The translations under genes and the position numbers were made by a program. DNA of 64,000 nt from Actinomycetes bacterium (GTDB taxonomy: Bacteria > Actinomycetota > Coriobacteriia > Anaerosomatales > JAGXFU01). Below are positions 11,441-20,531 of this stretch, piece after piece (positions within the stretch are counted from its first letter, which is position 1; the number at the start of each line of letters is the position of its first letter). Location of the stretch: the NCBI GenBank assembly GCA_024637115.1, contig JAGXFU010000005.1, forward strand, positions 1-64,000, read 5' to 3'. The notes under the pieces were generated by a model. The model did no database searches, was not told the DNA's origin, and saw only the letters and a program-made list of their open reading frames with translations.

Positions 11441-11896
11441 CTACTCGGCGACTTCCTCTGCCGGCGCAGCGGTCTCCTCGGCGGGAGCCTCTACAGCGGC
11501 TTCGGCCTCGGCGGGAGCCTCATCGGCAACCTCGGGCCTGATCTTGCGGGGCTGAGCGGACTCATAGGCGGCGGCACGCTTGGCCTTCTCAGCCTCACGC
11601 TCCTCGCGCTCTTTGCGAGCCTGCTTCTCAACCTCTTCGGCAGCCTTGAGACGAGCTTCCTTCTCTGCTGCCTCCTTCTTAAGCGTAGCGGCAGCGGCAT
11701 TACCGAACTTGTCGGAGAAACGCTGCACGCGACCACCGGAGTCAACGAGCTTCTGAGTACCGGTGTAGAACGGATGACACGCGGAGCACAGTTCGATGTG
11801 CATCTGTCCACCCTTGGTGGAGTTAGTCACGAACGTGTTCCCGCAGGAACAGACTACCTTGGTCTCAAGGTAATCCGGATGGATACCCTCTTGCAC
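11441..11896 (-). CDS. rpmE: 50S ribosomal protein L31 (zinc-binding type A) with a long Ala/Glu/Lys-rich C-terminal extension
   Basis: N-terminal 70 aa carry CSCG...[10 protein letters not shown] zinc-ribbon motifs of L31. The remaining ~80 aa are low-complexity A/E/K-rich. Confidence 0.85.
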   Translation of the reverse strand: MQEGIHPDYLETKVVCSCGNTFVTNSTKGGQMHIELCSACHPFYTGTQKLVDSGGRVQRFSDKFGNAAAATLKKEAAEKEARLKAAEEVEKQARKEREEREAEKAKRAAAYESAQPRKIRPEVADEAPAEAEAAVEAPAEETAAPAEEVAE

Positions 11897-12021
11897 AGTG
11901 GGTCACCTCTTCTTTCTGAAAGGCGTGCCTGGTTTCCGACCAGACACTTCAAGACAAGCCCGAGAATCTTAGCACGCGACCCCGGGTGCTTCAACAGTGT
12001 GTACCCGCCAGCGGCAGGACG

Positions 12022-13428
12022 CTACAAGTCGATTCCATTGGTGTTGCGCTTATCATCAGCGCGCTTGGCCATCTTGGTGAGGAACTCCTGGTTGGAGTTC
12101 GTCTGCTTGAGGCCCTTGATAAGCATCTCAAGCGCACGCTCGGAGTTGTCCACACCATGAAGGATCCGGCGAAGCCCCCAGACAAAGGGTGCAACGAGGG
12201 GGTCGAGCAGAAGCTCCTCTTTACGGGTACCGGAACTCACGACATCGATAGCGGGGAAGATGCGACGATCCGCCATTCCGCGGTCGAGCCTGAGCTCCAT
12301 GTTGCCCGTGCCTTTGAACTCTTCGAAGATGACCTCGTCCATCTTGGACCCGGTATCAACGAGAGCGGTTGCAAGGATCGTAAGTGAGCCGCCGTGCTCG
12401 ATGTTGCGCGCAGCGCCAAAGAACTTCTTCGGCGGATAGAGCGCGGTCGAGTCAACGCCACCCGAGAGAATACGGCCACTCGCCGGAGTGGCGAGGTTGT
12501 ATGCACGCGCAAGACGCGTGATCGAGTCCAGAAGAATCACAACATCGTATCCGGATTCAACGAGTCGCTTGGCCCGTTCCATCAGGAGTTCAGAGACTGC
12601 GATGTGGTTCTCGGAGGGCATGTCGAAGGTCGAGCTCACAACTTCACCGTGAATGGAGCGCTCCATGTCGGTTACTTCTTCGGGACGCTCATCGACAAGC
12701 AAGCACATGAGGTAGACCTCGGGCGAGTTGGCGCTGATTGCCGCTGCGATGTCTTTGAGCACGGTCGTCTTGCCCGCCTTTGGCGGCGACACGATCAACC
12801 CGCGTTGACCCTTTCCGATCGGAGCAATGAGATCGATCACTCGTGTGGTGGTGAAGTCTGCGCCATGCTCAAGAGTGAAGCGCTCATCGGGATAGACCGG
12901 CGTGAGGTTCTTGAACTGTGCACGGCTCTTGGAGTCCTCGGGCGGCAATGCGTTGACCGAGTGTGTCCGCTGCAAGGCTGCGTACTTCTCGTTGTCCTTG
13001 GGTGGTCGCACCTGGCCGGTGATCATGTCGCCCCTGCGCAAACCGTGCTTGCGAATCTGCGACATCGAGCAGTACACGTCTTCATCACCCGGCAGGTAGC
13101 CATTGGTGCGAATGAAGCCGTATCCCTCGGGGAGGACGTCCAGGATGCCGCTGACTTCGACAAAACCCTCGGCCTTGAGCTTCTTGTCAAAGACCGCATC
13201 GATCAACTCGTCCTTCTTTTTGAGGGACTTGATGTCGATTTCGAGCTCGATGGCGATTGCCTTGAGCTCTGCTACCGTCTTCTCCTGCAGATCTTCACGC
13301 TTGATGGACGGCTGCTTGGCCTCGTGCTGGCCACCGCCGCCACTACTGCCGCTGCTGCTGCCGCTGCTGCCGCCGCGGCGTCCGCGCTTGCGAGGTCTGG
13401 CGCTCATGAGTTCTTGACCTTCTCCCAA
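12022..13428 (-). CDS. rho: Transcription termination factor Rho with a short Gly/Ser/Arg-rich N-terminal extension
   Basis: Walker A GPPKAGKT, cold-shock-like RNA-binding domain and RecA-type ATPase domain, 468 aa. An alternative ATG at 13407 forms an ATGA overlap with the tal stop and may be the true start. Confidence 0.9.
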   Translation of the reverse strand: MGEGQELMSARPRKRGRRGGSSGSSSGSSGGGGQHEAKQPSIKREDLQEKTVAELKAIAIELEIDIKSLKKKDELIDAVFDKKLKAEGFVEVSGILDVLPEGYGFIRTNGYLPGDEDVYCSMSQIRKHGLRRGDMITGQVRPPKDNEKYAALQRTHSVNALPPEDSKSRAQFKNLTPVYPDERFTLEHGADFTTTRVIDLIAPIGKGQRGLIVSPPKAGKTTVLKDIAAAISANSPEVYLMCLLVDERPEEVTDMERSIHGEVVSSTFDMPSENHIAVSELLMERAKRLVESGYDVVILLDSITRLARAYNLATPASGRILSGGVDSTALYPPKKFFGAARNIEHGGSLTILATALVDTGSKMDEVIFEEFKGTGNMELRLDRGMADRRIFPAIDVVSSGTRKEELLLDPLVAPFVWGLRRILHGVDNSERALEMLIKGLKQTNSNQEFLTKMAKRADDKRNTNGIDL

Positions 13429-14066
13429 TCGGCAAGGAACGACTCGAGCCCGCGATCAGTCAGTGGGTGCTTGATGCACTTCTCGAGTACTCCCATTGGA
13501 ACCGTTGCTATGTCGGCGCCAAGAAGTGCGGCCTGCAAGACGTGAGCAGGGTGACGCACCGAAGCGGCGATGATTTCGACATCGTGGCCAAAGTCGTAGT
13601 TGTTGACTGCAGTCACGACACTTGCAAGCTGCTCGATGCCATCTTCAGAGATGTCATCGAAACGACCGATGAACGGCGAGATGTAGGCGGCGCCGGAGCG
13701 CGCGGCGAGCAGCGCCTGCGGCACGGTGAAGCACAGCGTCATGTTCACCTTGATACCCTCGTCAAAGAGCATCTTGGTTGCCGCGAGACCCTCGGGCATC
13801 GTGGGAACCTTGACGACCACGTTGGGGTGAAGTGCAGCTAGCTCGACACCCTCGGCGTAGATCTCATCGCGCTTGAGGGTCACCGTCTCCGCAGAGACAG
13901 GACCATCCACGATTTCGCAGATCCGTTTGATGTGGTCATGAAACTCGGCGAGCTTCCCACCCTCGCGAGCATAAAGCGTCGGGTTCGTGGTCACGCCTGA
14001 GACCACACCCCAACTTACCGCTTCTTCGATCTCCGCGATATTGGCGGTGTCCAGAAAGAATTTCAC
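13404..14066 (-). CDS. tal: Transaldolase / fructose-6-phosphate aldolase (short TalC/Fsa subfamily)
   Basis: 220-aa TIM-barrel protein with FLDTAN...TTNP motifs and the Schiff-base lysine region (VKVP). Confidence 0.85.
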   Translation of the reverse strand: MKFFLDTANIAEIEEAVSWGVVSGVTTNPTLYAREGGKLAEFHDHIKRICEIVDGPVSAETVTLKRDEIYAEGVELAALHPNVVVKVPTMPEGLAATKMLFDEGIKVNMTLCFTVPQALLAARSGAAYISPFIGRFDDISEDGIEQLASVVTAVNNYDFGHDVEIIAASVRHPAHVLQAALLGADIATVPMGVLEKCIKHPLTDRGLESFLADWEKVKNS

Positions 14067-14135
14067 AGGCTTCTTTCGCCTCCCTTTCGTGCCCGACTCG
14101 GTTGCCGGGTCACTGTGTGCTTCGCACCGCTGTTA

Positions 14136-15053
14136 CTACGGTGCTTGTTCGAACTCTTCTTCTACGGCCGCGTCGATGATGTGTTCGATCACATCGGCAA
14201 CCGTAAGATCCAGCTGGTGGCTCGCTATCACGGGAATCCCGTGCTCGCGGGCCATGTCATCGATATAGCGTCCCAGCAGCCGGATATTCCCGAAGTTCGC
14301 ACGGTAGCGCTCAAAGGGGCGCGTGCCGTCGGTTTGGACCTCGCGAATGTAGAAGTGGCTTCGATGAGAATCTGCATCGTCGACAGTGATGACAAGTTGC
14401 ACGACACGCGCGTTTTTGAACTGTCGCGTCTCGATGTAACCGGGAACAAGATGAACGCCCTCGAGAACCAGACTGTCACCTTCAAGCACCGAGCGGTCGA
14501 TCAACGCCTTTACGCCCGTCGCCACGACAGCGGTCTGCTCGCGGAATCCTACGATGACGGGATTGGCGCCGTGCGGCACCGGGACTCGGAGACCTCGCCA
14601 CGCGTTAAACGCGCTTTCGTAGATTGCCGGCATGAGGTCCTTGCTAAAGATACCACGCATGACCTCCCGAATGGAATCCGTTGATACGATCCGCGTGATA
14701 CCAAGGCGGTGCGCCACTTCCGTGGCGATGGTTGATTTGCCGACTCCGGTCGTTCCACCAATGAGAATGATGAGCGGACTATCCAGCTTGGAGAGCTTGT
14801 AGAGTCGCATATAGCGAATCGCATACTGATCGCCAGCCATTCTGCCGAGGAACTCAGCAGTGAGCTCCCGAAGTCGCTTGACGGTGATCGAGAGTTCGTC
14901 GCGATCACGCAGATCCTCCTGAACCGCCAGGGCAATCTCATGAGCTCGACTTGGCGGCAGACCGGTCGCCGTCAGGGATTGGGCAAGGAGGCCCTTGGAG
15001 AACGGCAATCCATGCCGCTTGTCTGCAAGCGTGATCGTCTTACCTGATGGCAC
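14136..15053 (-). CDS. 2-phosphoglycerate kinase-like P-loop kinase with an N-terminal ATP-cone-like domain (COG2074-like)
   Basis: Walker A GGTTGVGKST followed by TDSIREVMR, in 305 aa. N-terminal ~90 aa are ATP-cone-like. The start lies 2 nt after the stop of the upstream cDPG-synthetase-like gene. Confidence 0.55.
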   Translation of the reverse strand: MPSGKTITLADKRHGLPFSKGLLAQSLTATGLPPSRAHEIALAVQEDLRDRDELSITVKRLRELTAEFLGRMAGDQYAIRYMRLYKLSKLDSPLIILIGGTTGVGKSTIATEVAHRLGITRIVSTDSIREVMRGIFSKDLMPAIYESAFNAWRGLRVPVPHGANPVIVGFREQTAVVATGVKALIDRSVLEGDSLVLEGVHLVPGYIETRQFKNARVVQLVITVDDADSHRSHFYIREVQTDGTRPFERYRANFGNIRLLGRYIDDMAREHGIPVIASHQLDLTVADVIEHIIDAAVEEEFEQAP

Positions 15054-15055
15054 GG

Positions 15056-16441
15056 CTAGCCCTCCCCTGCAGTCCTGCGCTCGATCGCGGTACGTGTCAC
15101 CGCGACGACCAGCGCCTCAAGGTCCACGTCATCAAGTGGGATAGGTACGTTGTGGCAGAGCACCGTGGGCACCCCGGCTTCTTCACCTGCGGCAGCCACC
15201 ACATCGATAGCTGCGGCCTTCAGTTCTGTGAGAAGCACGTCGTAGGCACCTTCGCACGCGGCCATGTCGTCGCGAAGCAGCGCACGATTGGAGAGGTTCG
15301 CGCTCGTCCCGACAACCGTGCACCCGTACTCATCCTCGAGATGCCTCGCGAGTGTATCGAGCACTTCGACCGGCGCGGTCGTTGCAAAGAAGACGCGCTT
15401 GCCCGACACGGGCTCCACCGGAGCCGGTCTGAAGGTCGTGGCCACGCACGGAACGTCAGGCCGGAGCCGTGCGACCTCGGCACGTATCCGGGCAACCTGG
15501 TCGGGCGTGGATACGGGCTCCTCGGCAGATGCGATGATCACGAGATCAGCGAGACTGAGGCGGTACGGGCCAAAGTACCCGTCCACGTACACAATGCCGC
15601 GACCAGCCCCGATGACCAGTATGTTCGCGTCGGCGTGGACGGGCGGAATCGCCGCGCCCGAGCCTTCGAGGATGATGAGCTCCTTACCAAGGGTGTCGGC
15701 CAGGCGCGCACCCTCGGGAACGTTTGAGAAGAACGTCTCGCCCGCCATACCGCCACCGCATCTGCGACAACCCACGGTTGTCACGCGACTCATGACGGCG
15801 TCCTCGTAGTTGTCACTGCTCGCGTGCTTGCCCGCGCGGGCCAGTTCGAGCAGATCGGACGTCCGCAAATTCACCTGATCACCATGGATCAACTCGGGCT
15901 CTGCCGGTCCTCCGCGTCCCATAGCGAGAACGCAGATATCATGGCCCGCCGCCTTGAGCGTGCGGGCGACATAGCCCGATATCGCCGTCTTACCGACTCG
16001 TTTCCCGGTTCCGATCAGCCCGAGTGTCGGAGTCTCTGTGGTGACGCGCATCTTGGGAGGAGTGAATGCGAAATCCGCCCCCCGATACTCGACTCCGCGT
16101 GCAAGCGCGAGTCCCGCAAGACGGAATCGATCGTCACACGAGACGACCGGTTCGTCTGAGAGATCGATCACGGCGGCTGGCTGGTAGCGCTCAATAGCCT
16201 CGATCAGTGACTCATCGGCAGAATCGGCGTGGACGATCGGCACCCCGTACGTGTCGAAGCCGCTCTCCAGATCGACCTTCTCGGTGCCGCCAAGGAACGC
16301 CGCAGCAACCACGTCGTAGTCTGCACTCAATTCCGTGAGCGCAAAGCGAACGACCGGCGGATAGTGCTCGCCGTCAATGAGGGCGACAACGCGGGTCACA
16401 GACGGACCTCCCTGGCGAATATGCAACGAGCGTTCATACAT
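15056..16441 (-). CDS. cpgS: Cyclic 2,3-diphosphoglycerate synthetase-like protein (COG2403 family)
   Basis: 461 aa with P-loop GLIGTGKRVGKT. Size and domain order match archaeal cDPG synthetase. Tightly coupled to the 2PGK-like gene. Confidence 0.55.
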   Translation of the reverse strand: MYERSLHIRQGGPSVTRVVALIDGEHYPPVVRFALTELSADYDVVAAAFLGGTEKVDLESGFDTYGVPIVHADSADESLIEAIERYQPAAVIDLSDEPVVSCDDRFRLAGLALARGVEYRGADFAFTPPKMRVTTETPTLGLIGTGKRVGKTAISGYVARTLKAAGHDICVLAMGRGGPAEPELIHGDQVNLRTSDLLELARAGKHASSDNYEDAVMSRVTTVGCRRCGGGMAGETFFSNVPEGARLADTLGKELIILEGSGAAIPPVHADANILVIGAGRGIVYVDGYFGPYRLSLADLVIIASAEEPVSTPDQVARIRAEVARLRPDVPCVATTFRPAPVEPVSGKRVFFATTAPVEVLDTLARHLEDEYGCTVVGTSANLSNRALLRDDMAACEGAYDVLLTELKAAAIDVVAAAGEEAGVPTVLCHNVPIPLDDVDLEALVVAVTRTAIERRTAGEG

Positions 16442-16468
16442 ACCTCTGTCATGGCACTGCCCACCGGA

Positions 16469-17533
16469 CTACCTCGGTACGCTTCGCGGTAGCGAGTGTC
16501 CATCGAGCGACAGTGACGAAAGTGGATCGAGTTGGCGAGAGAGCCCGATCAGCGAGTAGAGGAGGTCGGTGTAGTCGTATACGTCGTAGGCAACGACATC
16601 ATAGTCACCCTGGATACCGCCGAGATCCGCCGCTGCGTCGAGCGCGTCATTGTACGTGCCGAGCTCATCGATGAGCCCCATCTCCTGCGCCTTGCGACCG
16701 GACCATGCCCAACCGGTGGCCATCTCTCGTACCTCGGACTCCTTCATATCGCGACCTTCAGCCACGATATTGATGAACTCGTCGTAGGCGATGTCGACCT
16801 CCATCTGAATCATCGCGGTCTCGCTTGCGGTGAGGGAACGATACGGACTGCCAGCGTCCTTGTACTCACCGGCGGTCAGCACGGTGAACTCCACGCCGAC
16901 CTTCTCAAGCAGTCCTGCAACATTGGGAATCTCAGTGATCACGCCAATGCTACCGACCGCTGACGTGGGCTGAGCCCAGATCTCATCACATTGCGACGCG
17001 ATCATGTAAGCGCCCGATGCACCCACGTCCCCGATGCTGACCACGACCGGCTTGAGCTCTGACAGTCGCGCAACCTCTGTCGCGATCTCCTGACTCGCGG
17101 CAACGGTGCCACCAGGAGAATCGACCCGCAACAACACTGCCTTCACGTTGTCATCTGCGGCAGCCATGTCGAGATACGCCAGGAATTCCTCGGGGGAAAT
17201 GATTCCGTCCAGCGAACTCCCGGAACCGGCGATCACACCATCCACGTGGATCACGGCAATGGTCTCGCCAAAGGTCGAGGAGCTATCCGAGGAAAGAGTT
17301 CCGAACAGCGAGAACATACCGCAGCAACTCAGAAGTCCGAGGATGATAAGAGCCGCGAGGATGCCAACGACCCACTTCCACGCCGAGCCGCCCCCGCGAG
17401 GAGGCGTGGGCGGCGGGGGGCCGTACGAGAGCGCGGGCACAGCATCACCGGGTGTCGCCGGATGATATGGCGGCACAGGGGTACCTGCCTGGGGTGGCTG
17501 GGAGTCGTGCGATGCCGGATCCGGCTGGTTCAT
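16469..17533 (-). CDS. sppA: Signal peptide peptidase SppA (36K type) with a Pro-rich N-terminal region and membrane anchor
   Basis: ClpP/crotonase-fold motifs (RVDSPGGTVAAS, catalytic Ser/Lys region GDVGASGAYMIA). One TM helix after the proline-rich N-terminus. Confidence 0.85.
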   Translation of the reverse strand: MNQPDPASHDSQPPQAGTPVPPYHPATPGDAVPALSYGPPPPTPPRGGGSAWKWVVGILAALIILGLLSCCGMFSLFGTLSSDSSSTFGETIAVIHVDGVIAGSGSSLDGIISPEEFLAYLDMAAADDNVKAVLLRVDSPGGTVAASQEIATEVARLSELKPVVVSIGDVGASGAYMIASQCDEIWAQPTSAVGSIGVITEIPNVAGLLEKVGVEFTVLTAGEYKDAGSPYRSLTASETAMIQMEVDIAYDEFINIVAEGRDMKESEVREMATGWAWSGRKAQEMGLIDELGTYNDALDAAADLGGIQGDYDVVAYDVYDYTDLLYSLIGLSRQLDPLSSLSLDGHSLPRSVPR

Positions 17534-17636
17534 GGGAGGGCCTCCGCGTGCGCATTGGTTGCCGCAAAAGCGGCGGGAAAGGAGCGTCGGTAGGGTCTAT
17601 ATTCCCCGACGGGGCCAAGCGCGGTCAACACCCTGT

Positions 17637-18563
17637 TTATCCGCGTACGACCCGGGGTCGCTCACGCTCCACACGCAGCGCGATCGGCGGAAGGTGTCCC
17701 GGGGTTACGGCAACACGCGGAGCAGCTGCTTTGGCAATAGCGATAGCCCGCGCATAGGCGGTCTCATCATCGGCTGCAGGCACGAGACCGATGATGGTCG
17801 GACCCGCGCCTGAAAGCACTGCGCCCACCGCGCCTGCATCGAGCAGTGCCGCGACTACGTCGTCAAAGCCCTCGATCAGGTGGGCGCGGTATTTCTCGTG
17901 GAGACGATCATGCATGCCGGCACCGATGAGATCAGCTCGACCTGCTGTGATACCGGCAACGAACATGCTAGCTCGACCAACATTGAATGCCGCGTCTTCG
18001 TGAGGAACGAGTGCCGGCAGCGCCCTGCGCGCACGCTTGGTCTGAAGCGGCTCCCGCGCCAGCGAGATCACGGCTGCCAATCCCCCACCGATCGACACCG
18101 GATACACGATCGCGTCCTCGCCCGAATCGGCAGATATCGTGAAGCCTCCGTAGAATGCCGCAGCGATGTTGTCCGGGTGACCCTCGATCTCTGTCGCAAG
18201 CGCGAACAAGCGGGATTCGCTGAGCGGGCGGTCTACGAGCGCATTGCCAAGCAACACTCCGCCCACGATCACAGCTGCCGAGGAACCCAATCCACGTCCG
18301 GTGGGAATGCGGTTCTCGCTCACGATACGAGCAGCTCGTCCCGGCACGCCAGCCTCGGCAAACACGCTGGCCATCGCTCGTGCGAGTGCGTTCGACCCAT
18401 CGGCGCGCAGATAGTCGGCACCTTCGCCGATAACCTCCACACTCCAGTCCTCGGCCAATTCAGCAGTGAAGGTATTCGATAGGCTGAGCGCAAGCCCGAA
18501 CGCGTCGTAGCCAGCTCCAAGATTCGCTGTGGTAGCCGGGACGCTGACGGTGAATCGTCCCAT
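17637..18563 (-). CDS. thrB: Homoserine kinase
   Basis: GHMP kinase motif PTGRGLGSSAA in 308 aa. Immediately downstream of hom. Confidence 0.9.
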   Translation of the reverse strand: MGRFTVSVPATTANLGAGYDAFGLALSLSNTFTAELAEDWSVEVIGEGADYLRADGSNALARAMASVFAEAGVPGRAARIVSENRIPTGRGLGSSAAVIVGGVLLGNALVDRPLSESRLFALATEIEGHPDNIAAAFYGGFTISADSGEDAIVYPVSIGGGLAAVISLAREPLQTKRARRALPALVPHEDAAFNVGRASMFVAGITAGRADLIGAGMHDRLHEKYRAHLIEGFDDVVAALLDAGAVGAVLSGAGPTIIGLVPAADDETAYARAIAIAKAAAPRVAVTPGHLPPIALRVERERPRVVRG

Positions 18564-18569
18564 GGGAAC

Positions 18570-19859
18570 CTACAGGTCCTCTACGCGAAGGAGTGCACCG
18601 ACCGAGTGAACGATGTCGAGAGCTTCGATCTCGGCCAGAGATGCGCGCACCGCTGATTCCGAGGCGCGATGCGTCACGTAGACGAGCACGGCTTCTCCGC
18701 CCTCGGTGACCTCAGGCTGCATCACGGAAGCGAGCGAGACCTCGTGATCAGCGAATACCTGGGAGGTCGTGGCGAGCACGCCCGGGGCATCGGCAACCTG
18801 GAGACGAATATAGTAGCGCGTGATGAGGTCGGCGATATCGCGCACGGGGAGTTCCTCGGCACAGGTACAACCAACCAGACCGAGGCAGCCGTTCTCGAGA
18901 TGTCGGGCGACCTCGATCACATCGCCTACGACAGCGCTTGCGGCGGCTGCTGACCCGGCCCCCTCGCCAAAGAACATCGTTTCGCCGACCGAATCGCCGA
19001 CAACGTAGATCGCGTTGTACACGCCATTCACGCTCGCAAGCGGGTGGGCGGCGGGAATCATCGTGGGATGCACGCGAATGTCGATGCCGGTGGAGGTACG
19101 GTGAGCCAGCGCCAGAAGCTTGACCACGTAGCCCATGTCCCGCGCGAATTCCAGATCGCTCGGCGCGAGTGAACGGATTCCCTCGGCAGGCACCTGGTCG
19201 AGCACGACGCGCGAGTTGAAAGCGATTGAGGCGAGGATGGCTATCTTGGCAGCTGCATCGAGGCCGTCAACGTCCGCCGTGGGATCGGCCTCGGCAAAAC
19301 CCTTGGCCTGTGCCTCTGCAAGTGCCGCGGCGTAGCTGAGGCCATCCTCGGCCATGCGGGTAAGCATGTAGTTGGTGGTGCCGTTCACAATGCCCATGAC
19401 GTCGGTGATCTCGTTTGCGGTGAGTGAGTGCTTGAGAGGCGCGATGATCGGGATGCCTCCACCCACGCTGGCCTCAAACGCGACATCCACACCCTGTGCG
19501 GCCGCATGATCCAACACTTCTTGTCCAGCCGTTGCCATGAGCGCTTTGTTCGCGGTAACCACGCTCTTGCCTGCGTCGAGGGCGGCGATCACGACTTCAT
19601 GTGCAACGCCCGTACCGCCGATCAGCTCGATCACGATGTCGATTTCAGGGTCTTCGACAACCGCATGCCAGTCGGTGTGGCACCGATCAGCGGGTAGCCC
19701 GAGAGCATCGAAACGCTCTGTGCTGCGATCAGCAAAACGCGTCAGACGCATGTCGACTCCGGCGCGTGTGCGGAAGTGCTCCGCATGGCGGGAGAATATC
19801 TCGACTACTCCCGAGCCAACCGTGCCGAGACCGATGATACCGACGTTAATGGTGCGCAT
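18570..19859 (-). CDS. hom: Homoserine dehydrogenase
   Basis: N-terminal NAD-binding GLGTVGSG, a catalytic domain and a C-terminal ACT domain, 429 aa. Confidence 0.9.
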   Translation of the reverse strand: MRTINVGIIGLGTVGSGVVEIFSRHAEHFRTRAGVDMRLTRFADRSTERFDALGLPADRCHTDWHAVVEDPEIDIVIELIGGTGVAHEVVIAALDAGKSVVTANKALMATAGQEVLDHAAAQGVDVAFEASVGGGIPIIAPLKHSLTANEITDVMGIVNGTTNYMLTRMAEDGLSYAAALAEAQAKGFAEADPTADVDGLDAAAKIAILASIAFNSRVVLDQVPAEGIRSLAPSDLEFARDMGYVVKLLALAHRTSTGIDIRVHPTMIPAAHPLASVNGVYNAIYVVGDSVGETMFFGEGAGSAAAASAVVGDVIEVARHLENGCLGLVGCTCAEELPVRDIADLITRYYIRLQVADAPGVLATTSQVFADHEVSLASVMQPEVTEGGEAVLVYVTHRASESAVRASLAEIEALDIVHSVGALLRVEDL

Positions 19860-19957
19860 GGATTGCCTTTCATGCCGAGGAACGAATGACCGCTCTCCAG
19901 TGTGGGTTCGCGCTATTGTACCCGAGCCAACGGATGGTCCGCCAAGGCTCTCAAGCG

Positions 19958-20401
19958 CTATCGGACATTGTCGATACGGGCCCTGAGCGCATCCTCTGAG
20001 ATGGGACCGATAATGCGGTCGAGTTCAACCCCTTCGGGCGACACGAGTGTGATCACCGGGACCGCATTGACGCCGTGTGAGAAGGCCAGTTGCTGCAACT
20101 CGCTGTCATGATCGATCTCCGCATAGATGTTGAACTCGACGACACCCGCGTATTCCTCTGCAAGCCTGTTGACCACAGGCAGGAGCTCATGGCACACAGG
20201 TCAATCGGACGTACCAAAGAAGTAGAACGTCACCATGTCGGCAACGCCGGGCTCCCACTGCCCCGCACTGCCGCCAGCCGGAGTGGGCTTCAGGGATCCA
20301 GCTGGCTCAGATGACGTAGACGCACATCCCGACATCGCCACGAGCAGCATGCAGGACAGAGTCAGGATCGCTGTGTGTCGCAGAATCGACCGATATCTCA
20401 C
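19958..20401 (-). CDS. Thioredoxin-fold lipoprotein with in-frame TGA at the first Cys of its CxxC motif (U-P-V-C), candidate selenoprotein; otherwise a stop-interrupted gene
   Basis: Two ORFs (20201..20401 and 19958..20197) share one frame, separated only by TGA at 20201-20203. The joined translation reads ...MVTFYFFGTSD-[TGA]-PVCHELLPVVNRL..., a thioredoxin active-site context. The N-terminus has a lipoprotein signal (LVAMSGC). Confidence 0.5.
20164..20180 (-). promoter_or_regulatory. Candidate SECIS-like hairpin 24-40 nt downstream of the in-frame UGA
   Basis: mRNA GCCUGU-GGUCA-ACAGGC is a 6-bp stem whose apical loop contains GU. It lies at the distance from the UGA expected of a bacterial selenocysteine insertion element. 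Confidence 0.3.
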
Positions 20402-20531
20402 GAGTATCGCACCGCCGTCGGTTATCGGTAACAGTCACGAGAACATATGTAGAGGATACCCTGACTGCCCGGACGGTACCCCCGCCGCAAACTCTAGCGC
20501 GCCGCGTCGAGCAAAAAGTCGTCACGACTGG

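Noticed and set aside
19958-20401. Reading the Trx-like gene simply as a pseudogene or sequencing error
   Set aside because: Kept as the alternative, not the primary reading. The single in-frame TGA falls exactly on the first active-site Cys codon of an otherwise intact CxxC thioredoxin fold, and a plausible downstream hairpin exists. That pattern is far more typical of selenoproteins than of random nonsense mutation. It is flagged as a candidate, not asserted.
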